DNA of 64,000 nt from an uncultured Syntrophomonadaceae bacterium (GTDB lineage: Bacteria; Bacillota; Dethiobacteria; DTU022), in contig CAYMIW010000010.1 of assembly GCA_964390725.1 (NCBI GenBank), positions 1,721-65,720 on the forward strand. Direction: 5' to 3'. Every line of letters begins with the position of its first letter. Positions within the stretch are counted from its first letter, which is position 1. Both the position numbers and the translations under genes were made by a program. Below, in pieces: positions 56,132 through 64,000 of the stretch. Below the pieces are notes generated by a model. That model did no database searches. It worked only from the letters and a program-made list of their open reading frames with translations, and had not been told where the DNA came from.

Positions 56132-57007
56132 ATGTCAGGTCAGATTAGTAATGAGATGCAGGCAGAATTGTTAAAAGATCAGCAGGATGAAATAACCGCT
56201 TACTATCTCTATAAAAAGATTGCCGATTTTGTTAAAGATGAAGATAATCGGACTATCATCAGGGCGGTAGCTGATGACGAGCTGAAACACTACCAGACCC
56301 TGAAAAAACTTACCGGAATAGAGCTAAAACCGCAGCGATTAAAAGTTTTTATTTTTTACTGGATTACCAGGCTCCTGGGTTTAACTTTTGGAATTAAACT
56401 TCTGGAAAAAGCGGAATCCCAGGCGATAACCTCTTATGGCGTTAAGGAACGGCAAGTGCAGGGTCTCAATGAGATTATTGCCGATGAAGAGAGGCATGAA
56501 ACCGAGTTGATAAACATGATCAACGAGGAGAGGCTGCATTACATGGGTTCGGTTGTGCTGGGCCTCAATGATGCCCTGGTGGAATTAACCGGAGCGCTGG
56601 CCGGCTTTACCTTTGCCTTCCAGGATACAAAGCTGATTGCCCTGACCGGCCTGATTACTGGTATAAGTGCTTCTTTTTCCATGGCTGCCAGTGAATACCT
56701 GTCAAAAAAACAGGAGGGTGGGCAGGATGCTCTTAAGTCGGCGTTATATACCGGCACTGCATACGTTATTACGGTTGCGTTGCTTGTTTTACCTTTTTTG
56801 CTGCTAAAGAACCCTTTCATCAGTCTTGCTGCAACACTTGTGGTTGCGGTGGTGGTTATTTTTCTATTTAATTTATATGTTTCTATCGCTAATGATTACA
56901 GCGTGAAGAAAAGATTTTTAGAGATGGCAGTTATTTCGCTTGGTGTAGCCGGAATTTCCTTTGTAATCGGAATTATTGTGAGGAATTTTTTCGGAATTGA
57001 TATATAA
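56132..57007 (+). CDS. Ferritin-like (erythrin) domain fused to VIT1/CCC1 (MbfA-like)
   Basis: E..Y..DELKH..E..DEERHE diiron pattern; VVLGLNDALVE..SMAASEYLS. Confidence 0.85.
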   Translation: MSGQISNEMQAELLKDQQDEITAYYLYKKIADFVKDEDNRTIIRAVADDELKHYQTLKKLTGIELKPQRLKVFIFYWITRLLGLTFGIKLLEKAESQAITSYGVKERQVQGLNEIIADEERHETELINMINEERLHYMGSVVLGLNDALVELTGALAGFTFAFQDTKLIALTGLITGISASFSMAASEYLSKKQEGGQDALKSALYTGTAYVITVALLVLPFLLLKNPFISLAATLVVAVVVIFLFNLYVSIANDYSVKKRFLEMAVISLGVAGISFVIGIIVRNFFGIDI

Positions 57008-57133
57008 GCAGTAGCAGTTAAAACACTTAATAATGCAGCAGGCACAGGGTGGGGTAAGCTGTAGATAATTTCCATAATTTATGATATAAATATTTTGTGT
57101 CGGATTAACCATTAAAGGAGGGTAATTATACTG

Positions 57134-57538
57134 ATGAATAAAGCAGATGTTCTTAGTTTTCTCAAAGACAACCGGGTTTTCTATATAGCGACAGTAGATG
57201 GAGATAAACCGGCGGTAAGACCTTTTGGTTTTGTAATGGATTTTGAGGATAAGCTCTATTTTTGCACAAACAATAAGAAAGATGTTTTTAAACAGCTGCA
57301 GGTCAATCCCCATTTTGAATTAAGCGCTGCAGGCTCCGGAGAAAAGTGGCTGCGGTTAAGTGGTAAAGCAGTTATCAATACAACCAGGGCTGTTAAAGAG
57401 GCTGCCCTGCAGGAAATGCCATTTCTGAAAAATATCTACTCTGTTGACGATGATCTCTTTGAGCTTTTTTACCTGGCCGAGGGGGAGGCTTCTTTTCGCT
57501 CGGTAAAAGGTGATATACTCGATTCTGTTAAGCTTTAA
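57134..57538 (+). CDS. Pyridoxamine 5'-phosphate oxidase-like protein
   Basis: YIATVDGDKPAVRPFG..LYFCTNNKKDVFKQL..NP..WLRLSG. Confidence 0.85.
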   Translation: MNKADVLSFLKDNRVFYIATVDGDKPAVRPFGFVMDFEDKLYFCTNNKKDVFKQLQVNPHFELSAAGSGEKWLRLSGKAVINTTRAVKEAALQEMPFLKNIYSVDDDLFELFYLAEGEASFRSVKGDILDSVKL

Positions 57539-57567
57539 TCATTGCATTTAAGCATCAAAAAAACTAT

Positions 57568-57600
57568 AAAACCGGGCCTGGTAAGCAGGCCCGGTTTTTT
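57568..57600. terminator. Bidirectional intrinsic terminator
   Basis: AAAACCGGGCCTG-GTAAG-CAGGCCCGGTTTT. Confidence 0.85.
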
Positions 57601-57601
57601 T

Positions 57602-58471
57602 TTACAGTTCAAAGCGCCACAGGGCCCGATCCTGCTCAGCAAGAACAGAAACTGTGCATTCAATGCTTTTAATCCTTAACCCCAGCCACAAGTGACTGGC
57701 GCATATCCCGATATCAACATTGGGATGTTCCCACTTAACATGCTTGTAACCGTGGGGCATGGCCAAAGTGATAGTTTTGTAATCAGAAGAGATGTTAAAA
57801 CGCCAGTGCTGGCTGTTGGCCCCTGAAGGAGCTTTCCGGGCCAGGTCCAGGGCATAGAGGATTTCAGGGGGCAGTTTTGTTTCATCAATATTGTTCTCAA
57901 GCAAACTTTTTAAAGGTTTGCGCTTATGGCTGAACAGGGTTGTTTGCATGCGGTCCATAAAGCGCAGGCCTTTTTCTTCCCAGTAACCGAGAGGCGATAT
58001 GCAGATCACCCGCTCACCTTCGACCTCACCTTTACCATAACCCCACTTCGGAGCCGGCTCTATATTGTGATGTCCTAAATGAGGCATCAGGCGTTCAAGT
58101 TCATCCAGGGTATAATGGCCGTACCAGCAGGTGGCCAGGCCCAGGCTGGTAGCATATAGGATGCTCATTTCCCCCACGAAACCTGCTTTTGAGATTGAAA
58201 CAATATCTGTTTCGGCAATGAATGCAATATTGTCAGGGGGTGCATTATAAATCGTGTAAAGTTTTTTGTCCGGGTTGGCTTTAAAACGGCGAATTTTCAC
58301 CCCGTGATCAAAAGGCAATTCCAGGTTGGTGATAAAAGCGTCAATTAAAATCGAAATATTATCTTCAACGGGCTGCATCTCAAAACTACGGGTGGAACGC
58401 CGCATATTAACAGCACTCTCCCAGTCAGCTACTTCAAGTATATTGGCTGAATCAATAGTCTCCATATTCAT
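57602..58471 (-). CDS. Nitroreductase family protein
   Basis: RRSTRSF, LGLATCW, ARKAPSGANSQHWRF, VDIGICASH. Confidence 0.85.
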   Translation of the reverse strand: MNMETIDSANILEVADWESAVNMRRSTRSFEMQPVEDNISILIDAFITNLELPFDHGVKIRRFKANPDKKLYTIYNAPPDNIAFIAETDIVSISKAGFVGEMSILYATSLGLATCWYGHYTLDELERLMPHLGHHNIEPAPKWGYGKGEVEGERVICISPLGYWEEKGLRFMDRMQTTLFSHKRKPLKSLLENNIDETKLPPEILYALDLARKAPSGANSQHWRFNISSDYKTITLAMPHGYKHVKWEHPNVDIGICASHLWLGLRIKSIECTVSVLAEQDRALWRFEL

Positions 58472-58513
58472 TATCCCCCTTTAAATATTTCTGTCCGATT
58501 ACAACGCGTAGTT

Positions 58514-59326
58514 TTACTGCCCGGCCAGAGTTATAATAACAATTTCCGGTTTCATATTAATGCGAAGCGGTAAACCGCTTTCTCCCAGCCCGGCATTAAT
58601 TAACATTGTAGTGTTTTTTGAGCTAAAAATCCCGTAATCATATTCGGGGAAAAAGCCTTGTCCGGGAATATAGAACGCTCCCAGGAAGGGAAGCCTGATC
58701 TGCCCTCCGTGGGTGTGCCCGACCAGGATCAGCTCAATGTTTTTATCTACCGCTTCATCAAAAATAGCCGGACTATGGGCCAGTAAAATTACAGGAGCAT
58801 CTTCTGTTAAACCTGCCAGGGCTGAATCCAACCTGGCCATACCGAGGGAAGGATCATCCACCCCGGCAAGCTGGATAAAATCATTTTCCACCTGAAGTTT
58901 CACAGATCTGTTGTTTAAAATTGTTACACCGTTTTTGTTTAAAATATCTTCCAGCTCGCTGTAGCCTGCCCATATTTCATGATTTCCGCGTACATAATAA
59001 ATGTCGCTGCTGTTCAGCCCCACCAGGAGTTCATCTGCGGGGGCAACTTCCGGTTCATGTCTTTGAACAAGATCGCCAGTAATTGCTATAAGGTCGAACT
59101 GTTGCTTATTGATCAGTTCCAGCAGTTGCTGCTGGTTGGTTCCGAATCGCTTGCTGTGCAGATCAGTCAGGTGCAGAATAGTGAATCCTTCAAACTCGGG
59201 CGGCAGATTTTTCATAATAATTGTGTATTCTTTAACCATAACACTGTTAGTTTCCCGGTAGAGGTAAAAAAAGATGATTGAAATGCTGAAAGATGCAATA
59301 ATTGTCCAGGCTATAATGTTTTTCAT
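58514..59326 (-). CDS. Metallophosphoesterase (YkuE-like)
   Basis: TDLH, TGD, GNHE, LLAHSP, GHTHGGQ; N-terminal TM. Confidence 0.9.
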   Translation of the reverse strand: MKNIIAWTIIASFSISIIFFYLYRETNSVMVKEYTIIMKNLPPEFEGFTILHLTDLHSKRFGTNQQQLLELINKQQFDLIAITGDLVQRHEPEVAPADELLVGLNSSDIYYVRGNHEIWAGYSELEDILNKNGVTILNNRSVKLQVENDFIQLAGVDDPSLGMARLDSALAGLTEDAPVILLAHSPAIFDEAVDKNIELILVGHTHGGQIRLPFLGAFYIPGQGFFPEYDYGIFSSKNTTMLINAGLGESGLPLRINMKPEIVIITLAGQ

Positions 59327-59701
59327 TTTCTTTCATGGCCCCTGCTGATTATTTATTTTATTGCACTTTCTCATTATAACACCTGTGGTTTGCCTGGTAA
59401 TAAAAATCAAGCTGATTTTTTATGCTACCCTTATTTCTTTATGGATCTTCCGGCAATTGGCCTGGTTCCCGCCCTGCTCTGGCTGCTCCTGTTACTAGTG
59501 GTTTTTGCCCCGATCGGGTTTCTTGTTATTTATGTCGATCAAAAGCTGGGGAGGAAAGTACTGCCGGGCAGATTAAACGGGCATTAGGGTAATTACCCGG
59601 TGGTAATTGACCCTTACCCGGGGGCAATGATATAATTTTTAGGGATTTCTCCTGCCGTTTTCAGAGCCGATTCATACTATAAAAGAATAGGGGTAATACT
59701 T

Positions 59702-60592
59702 ATGAAGTTTGCCAGGCAGACTGTATTATTGATTCTAATCTTGGTATGTCTTGTAATGGTTTGCGGTTGTTCCGGAAGCGACAAAGCACTGCAGGCTGAT
59801 GTCATTGATACTGAGACTGAAACTGACAATGGATCTGTAAATTCTGCTGATTTTTCCGGGCGCTGGTCAGGTACTGTCCTGATAGCTGAAGTAAGCAACG
59901 AGGAATTTAAGGACCTGGAAGGCATTGTTTTCCCATGTGATCTTGATCTCAGCATTGATGATAAAGGCGCTGGTCAGGCTGATCTCTACATTGATGGTGA
60001 ACTGGCTGGCCCGGGACTGGAAGCTACGGTAGTTCAGGATCGCCCACATCTGGTTGGTGAGCTGTTTACCAGCCCCTTTGAGTATTATGGAACATTCAGT
60101 AACGAAAGTGGAGAATGGGCCCTTGTCGGGAGTGGTGAAACCAATGATGAAAGAGATGGTGATATTCTCATGGTTTTTAACCTGACAGGCTCAGTAACCC
60201 AGGCAACATCAACCGATGTTTCAGAAGGAACCGATTCTCCGGCACCTGCGATCTCTGCTGATGCACCCCTGGATCAATTTTTAGTTGGTTCCTGGATGGC
60301 TGATGAGCTGTTTGGTGAATACAGGGTAAAAACGTTTAAAGCAGACGGTACTGCCATACACACTATGGATAAGCCGGGAGGTCCCGGAGACGACATTAAC
60401 AACTGGCCCAATGGTAATTGGACAATTGTTGAATCAGCAATCGGCACCTGGACAGTTTCAGGGATAACGCTGATTACCGAGGTTGAACCTGATTTTCTTG
60501 GTCTGGACACAGAAGTTAAAATAATTGATGAGGATACTATAGAAATCTGGGAACTGCACACAAAAACACTTTATTACCGGGTTCCCGAATAA
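59702..60592 (+). CDS. Lipoprotein of unknown function
   Basis: Signal peptide with lipobox VCGC; two acidic beta-rich domains separated by an S/T/P linker. Confidence 0.7.
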   Translation: MKFARQTVLLILILVCLVMVCGCSGSDKALQADVIDTETETDNGSVNSADFSGRWSGTVLIAEVSNEEFKDLEGIVFPCDLDLSIDDKGAGQADLYIDGELAGPGLEATVVQDRPHLVGELFTSPFEYYGTFSNESGEWALVGSGETNDERDGDILMVFNLTGSVTQATSTDVSEGTDSPAPAISADAPLDQFLVGSWMADELFGEYRVKTFKADGTAIHTMDKPGGPGDDINNWPNGNWTIVESAIGTWTVSGITLITEVEPDFLGLDTEVKIIDEDTIEIWELHTKTLYYRVPE

Positions 60593-60642
60593 TATAAGGC
60601 TTAACAAGGCAGAAGATGAATTGGTAAACAATCAATATAAAA

Positions 60643-60669
60643 AGCGGTCCTGGCTTGGCCAGGGCCGCT
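60643..60669. terminator. Hairpin between convergent genes
   Basis: AGCGGTCCTGGC-TTG-GCCAGGGCCGCT. Confidence 0.75.
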
Positions 60670-60728
60670 ATCTACAATGGATATATATCTTAAAAGCGCT
60701 TGTTAAATAGCTTAAAAACTACTCTTAG

Positions 60729-62423
60729 TTAAAAATCATCCGGATCAACCATTACTTCAAGCAGGTAAGGTTTTTGGCTTTGCAGCGCTTTTTCAAGAGC
60801 CGGCGTAACAGCCTCGGGTTCGGTGATTTTTTCTGCCTCTACGCTGAAGCTGTTAGCCAGAGAGCAATAGTCGATACCGGAAATATCTGTACCGGGAAAG
60901 ATGTTTTTTTCAACAGCAACACCATTGTAGTGCAGGAGCCCCTTTCTTACGGCAGCATAACGCTGGTTGTTGATCACAACAAAAACAACAGGAATATTGT
61001 ATTTATATGCTGTCCATATACACTGCACTCCGAAAAGCAGCGTGCCGTCACCGGTAAAGCAGATTACTCTCTGCCCGGGGTCTCCGCATTTAACTCCCAG
61101 GGCGGCTCCGCTGCCCCAGCCCAGGCTGCCGCAGCTCTGGCCGTATAGACTCTTACTGTTTGGGCGCTTCAGGTATTCGACCAGATGATCATCGGATGTG
61201 GGAGTGTCGACAACAACAGTAGTATTTTCATCCATAACCTGCGATATGCTATCCACCAGGGAGGCAATCCTGATCGGTTTAGCAGCAGCAGCTTTCTTAA
61301 GCGCAGCTTCTATCTCTTCGGTCCGTTTAATATTCAGCAATTCTACAGTTTTATTCCTGGAGGCAACCAGGGTTTTCCTGCTCTCCAGCAGTGGAACCAG
61401 GGCTGCTTTAAGTTTTTTTACCGTTTCCAGGGTATTCCCGCAGAGTGGAACATCTGCCCTGTAAAGTTTATCTATTTCCTTCATGTCTTCATGCTGGTGA
61501 AGCAGTTTTGCCTTCCCGGGAATACCCGGGACTGCCGGCAGGGTAAACTCAGCGAAAAGTTTAGCCCCCAGGGCTAAAATCACATCGGCTTTTTCTGCTG
61601 CGGGGTGATCGGCTTTGTAGGGTCCCAGGAAACGCCGGTCGGTTGTCGGGTAGCAGTTGTGATAAAAACTCCACTTCGACTCACAGCATACCCCGGCCCC
61701 GAGCATATCGGCCAGTTCTTTAACCTCAAAGATACAGTTTTCCTTGCCGGCTCCTGAGCCGGAAATAATCAGGGGGAAACTGCTCTCAGCCAGGATACGG
61801 GCCGCCTGATCTATATCTTCATCGGCCGGCGCGCTTCTATAATTCACATTGCAGCGGGGGAAGGTATAAACACTTTTTTCACAAGCCGGTGCCTCAAGCA
61901 CATCCTGGGGTATAACCAGCAGGGTTGGTCCCTGGGGTGGTTTAATAGCCATTTGAAAAGCCCGGTTCAGGTCTTCAACAAGGTCCTCTGAGCGAAGCGA
62001 CTGCCAGTCCCACCTGGTGTATTGTTTAACCATTTCCTGCTCATGGGTAGTGGTGGTTATACCTCCGTGAGATAGGAGCCCCCGGGGTTTAATAACGTTA
62101 ATCACAACGATTGGCGAATGGCTCATTTTGGCGGAATAAATCTGGCTGATTCCGTTTGCCAGGCCTACGTTGGCATGCAGCATAACTACCTGTGGAGTGC
62201 CTGTTACCCGGGAGTGACCATCTGCTGCTGCAACTGCTGATCCTTCAAATGGGAAGAGAATAAACTCAAAATCATCTTCATCTGCACATGCGTCAATTAT
62301 CGACACCTCGGTTGTTCCGGGGCAACAATAAATTTGGTTAATATTTCTCTCTTTTAAAGTCTCAATGAACAAACTGCCGCCGTTGTTAAATTTTGTTGTT
62401 TTCATCTGGGCCTCCGTTAACAC
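60729..62423 (-). CDS. Thiamine diphosphate-dependent enzyme (benzoylformate decarboxylase-like)
   Basis: PGTTE, catalytic Glu in FEGSAVAAADG, GSLGWG, GDG..NN ThDP motif. Confidence 0.85.
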   Translation of the reverse strand: MLTEAQMKTTKFNNGGSLFIETLKERNINQIYCCPGTTEVSIIDACADEDDFEFILFPFEGSAVAAADGHSRVTGTPQVVMLHANVGLANGISQIYSAKMSHSPIVVINVIKPRGLLSHGGITTTTHEQEMVKQYTRWDWQSLRSEDLVEDLNRAFQMAIKPPQGPTLLVIPQDVLEAPACEKSVYTFPRCNVNYRSAPADEDIDQAARILAESSFPLIISGSGAGKENCIFEVKELADMLGAGVCCESKWSFYHNCYPTTDRRFLGPYKADHPAAEKADVILALGAKLFAEFTLPAVPGIPGKAKLLHQHEDMKEIDKLYRADVPLCGNTLETVKKLKAALVPLLESRKTLVASRNKTVELLNIKRTEEIEAALKKAAAAKPIRIASLVDSISQVMDENTTVVVDTPTSDDHLVEYLKRPNSKSLYGQSCGSLGWGSGAALGVKCGDPGQRVICFTGDGTLLFGVQCIWTAYKYNIPVVFVVINNQRYAAVRKGLLHYNGVAVEKNIFPGTDISGIDYCSLANSFSVEAEKITEPEAVTPALEKALQSQKPYLLEVMVDPDDF

Positions 62424-62556
62424 TTTCCCTGCATTACAAACAGGAAAGGTATGTAGAAATTGTTATAGACAATCATATAGTAGCACAAACAAATGTTAAA
62501 AAGCGATAATTAACGGCAGTTATTTTCAATCCCGATTAAAAACTTCCTGCCATTGT

Positions 62557-62585
62557 TTGACTTAACAGGCATGGGCAGATATAAT
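62557..62585 (+). promoter_or_regulatory. Sigma-A promoter driving the riboswitch leader
   Basis: TTGACT (62557-62562), 17 nt, TATAAT (62580-62585). Confidence 0.85.
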
Positions 62586-62590
62586 CATTT

Positions 62591-62672
62591 TTATCAGGAA
62601 AAGGCAAACCCATAGCAATATGGGGACGCAAAGCCATGGGTCCAACAGGAGGATCGCCAGGTTGCCCTTATA
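62591..62672 (+). ncRNA. c-di-GMP-I (GEMM) riboswitch aptamer
   Basis: GGCAAACCCATA-GCAA-TATGGGGACGCAAAGCCATGGGTCC..GGATCGCCAGGTTGCC: GNRA tetraloop, GGACGCAAAGCC core, P3 pairing, G20/C92 equivalents. Confidence 0.9.
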
Positions 62673-62693
62673 TAAAGAAACAGGGCAGGTTAC

Positions 62694-62721
62694 AGGCAGC
62701 CACCTCATGGTTGCCTTGTTT
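62694..62721 (+). terminator. Riboswitch expression-platform terminator
   Basis: AGGCAGCCA-CCTCA-TGGTTGCCT-TGTTT. Confidence 0.7.
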
Positions 62722-62835
62722 AGCTTTAGTGTAAGAAAGAAATGTTGAGGGGTGATGCTATAAAATAGGGGTAAAGAATTTAAGTGGGAGTTGTTTTGAT
62801 ATTATGATAAATATAATAAGAAGGAGTGTGTTTTA

Positions 62836-63108
62836 ATGAATAAATCAGAACTTATAGACAGTGTTGTTGAACAAACCGGAATGATGAAAAAAGATAGTGA
62901 AAAAGCAGTAAACGCCTTCATCGAATCTATTTCTGAAGCTTTGGCAAAAGGTGAAAAAGTGCAGCTAATCGGCTTTGGGACCTTTGACGTACGTAAAAGA
63001 AATGCAAGAGAAGGCCGTAACCCCAGTACAGGAGAAACCATTAAAATTGCCGCCCAGACAGTTCCCGTATTCAAGGCGGGTAAAGGGTTGAAGGATAAAA
63101 TCAAGTAA
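62836..63108 (+). CDS. hup: Histone-like DNA-binding protein HU
   Basis: MNKSELI..GEKVQLIGFGTF..R.AREGRNPSTGETIKI..PVFKAGKGLKD. Confidence 0.97.
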   Translation: MNKSELIDSVVEQTGMMKKDSEKAVNAFIESISEALAKGEKVQLIGFGTFDVRKRNAREGRNPSTGETIKIAAQTVPVFKAGKGLKDKIK

Positions 63109-63133
63109 AACCACTATTCATTATTAAATATAC

Positions 63134-63170
63134 AAGGGGTGACTGCAGTTGCTGCGGCCGCCCTTTTATT
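63134..63170 (+). terminator. Probable terminator after hup
   Basis: AAGGGGTGACTGCAG-TTG-CTGCGGCCGCCCTTTTATTTT with G-U pairs. Confidence 0.6.
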
Positions 63171-63270
63171 TTGAACTGTTATATCATAGTGCTTATTCAT
63201 GTTATAATGGTCTCCAAAATGTTTAGTGGCATCTCTCTGAACAAATAATTTGAGGGGAGACTATAAAACC

Positions 63271-64000
63271 ATGAACAGGATAGGCTTTAAAAAAAGTATT
63301 ACCCTCATATGGCTTTTTATGCTTATAGTTTTACTATTTAACCCTGCTTTTGCCGGCCCTGAGAATATTTCTGATCAGCATGCAGATCAGATCGATGCTC
63401 AGGCAGCCAACTCTTATCGTGCCGATCTTGCTATTACCGGACTGGTTAAAGGCAGTAGTGGAAGAAGAATAAATATAGACCTGACGGTGACAGAAATGGG
63501 TAGCTCTTCCCTGGGTTCGATCCTGGTATTGTTGCCGGATCTTAACGGGTCTGCAGGCTTTAGTAATTACCGGGTTAACAGCGGTGCTTCAGCAGCATCA
63601 TCGGGCAAACGCTGGGAAGCGATGATTGCTGAGCGTAACGGCAGTTATTACCTCAATATCAGGGCAAAAAGCGCTTCCGACTACCTGGTCATTAATGAAC
63701 AGGTAACAGTATCATTTTCTGCCAATGTGCCTGCATATGGTTATACAGGAGGCTACCAGTTTAAAACCAGGGCCTGGACTGATAATAGCTCGCGTGATGC
63801 CCTGCGCACCGATCCGGCAACCGGGCAGCCGGAAAATCTTAACATGATGGCCGCTGGTTTCAACGATCCGGTTATTCATGTAGAGCTTCCGGCTAAGACA
63901 GGTGTGAATAGTTACTATTACACAACTGATCGCGCAAAAGGTTTAACGGCAGAACTTTTTGCCGAAGGAAACGGTTTTGAAACCACCATTTTCAGCACAA
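63271..64000 (+). CDS. Secreted/cell-surface protein, 3' end beyond the window
   Basis: ATG 63271 after GAGGGGAG; MNRIGFKKSITLIWLFMLIVLLFNPAFA signal peptide; frame open to the window end. Confidence 0.75.
   Translation, partial: MNRIGFKKSITLIWLFMLIVLLFNPAFAGPENISDQHADQIDAQAANSYRADLAITGLVKGSSGRRINIDLTVTEMGSSSLGSILVLLPDLNGSAGFSNYRVNSGASAASSGKRWEAMIAERNGSYYLNIRAKSASDYLVINEQVTVSFSANVPAYGYTGGYQFKTRAWTDNSSRDALRTDPATGQPENLNMMAAGFNDPVIHVELPAKTGVNSYYYTTDRAKGLTAELFAEGNGFETTIFST

Noticed and set aside
59390-59587. 65-aa hydrophobic ORF
   Set aside because: It has a plausible TM but no clear RBS at either Met; unsupported without homologs.
62424-62556. TPP riboswitch upstream of the ThDP enzyme
   Set aside because: No CTGAGA or GATAATGC-type core on the minus strand.
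62591-62672. 3',3'-cGAMP-selective (A20) variant
   Set aside because: Counting back from the tetraloop by Vc2 numbering puts G, not A, at position 20; the preceding A is position 19.
71-63104. Many antisense or nested ORFs in the track (e.g. 6685-7101, 23289-23852, 60774-61577, 62802-63104)
   Set aside because: They are shadows of well-supported genes on the other strand or frame and have no family motifs.
1-64000. CRISPR array, tRNA/rRNA, prophage, integrase or IS transposase
   Set aside because: I saw no periodic repeat-spacer structure, RNA gene signature or recombinase motif by eye; a formal scan was not possible.

Overview
A 64-kb chromosomal window from an anaerobic Bacillota-type (Clostridia/Dethiobacteria-like) bacterium; this is inferred from gene content, GGAGG-type RBSs and sigma-A promoters. 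About 60 CDSs, mixing core genes (cdaA-cdaR-glmM-glmS-glnS, rsgA, mgtE, feoAB, hup) with accessory transport, redox and regulatory genes. I saw no rRNA, tRNA, CRISPR array, integrase or transposase. The most interesting signals lie mostly outside the ORF track. (1) A 30-codon leader peptide with five interlocking GGAGGC/GCCTCC segments forms an apparent ribosome-controlled attenuator upstream of mgtE, in place of an M-box riboswitch. (2) A c-di-GMP-I riboswitch with its own promoter and terminator sits upstream of the HU gene. (3) A J-domain is fused to a CheW-like domain with no che genes in the window. (4) A Moco-motif riboswitch runs off the left edge. (5) An inverted REP-like doublet lies beside an orphan Dam-like methylase. 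(6) A TetR-linked radical SAM enzyme may be a membrane-spanning lipid synthase. (7) A CrtI-like flavoprotein, an FNR-[2Fe-2S] reductase and a FadR regulator form a module. All assignments come from reading motifs by eye; no searches were run.
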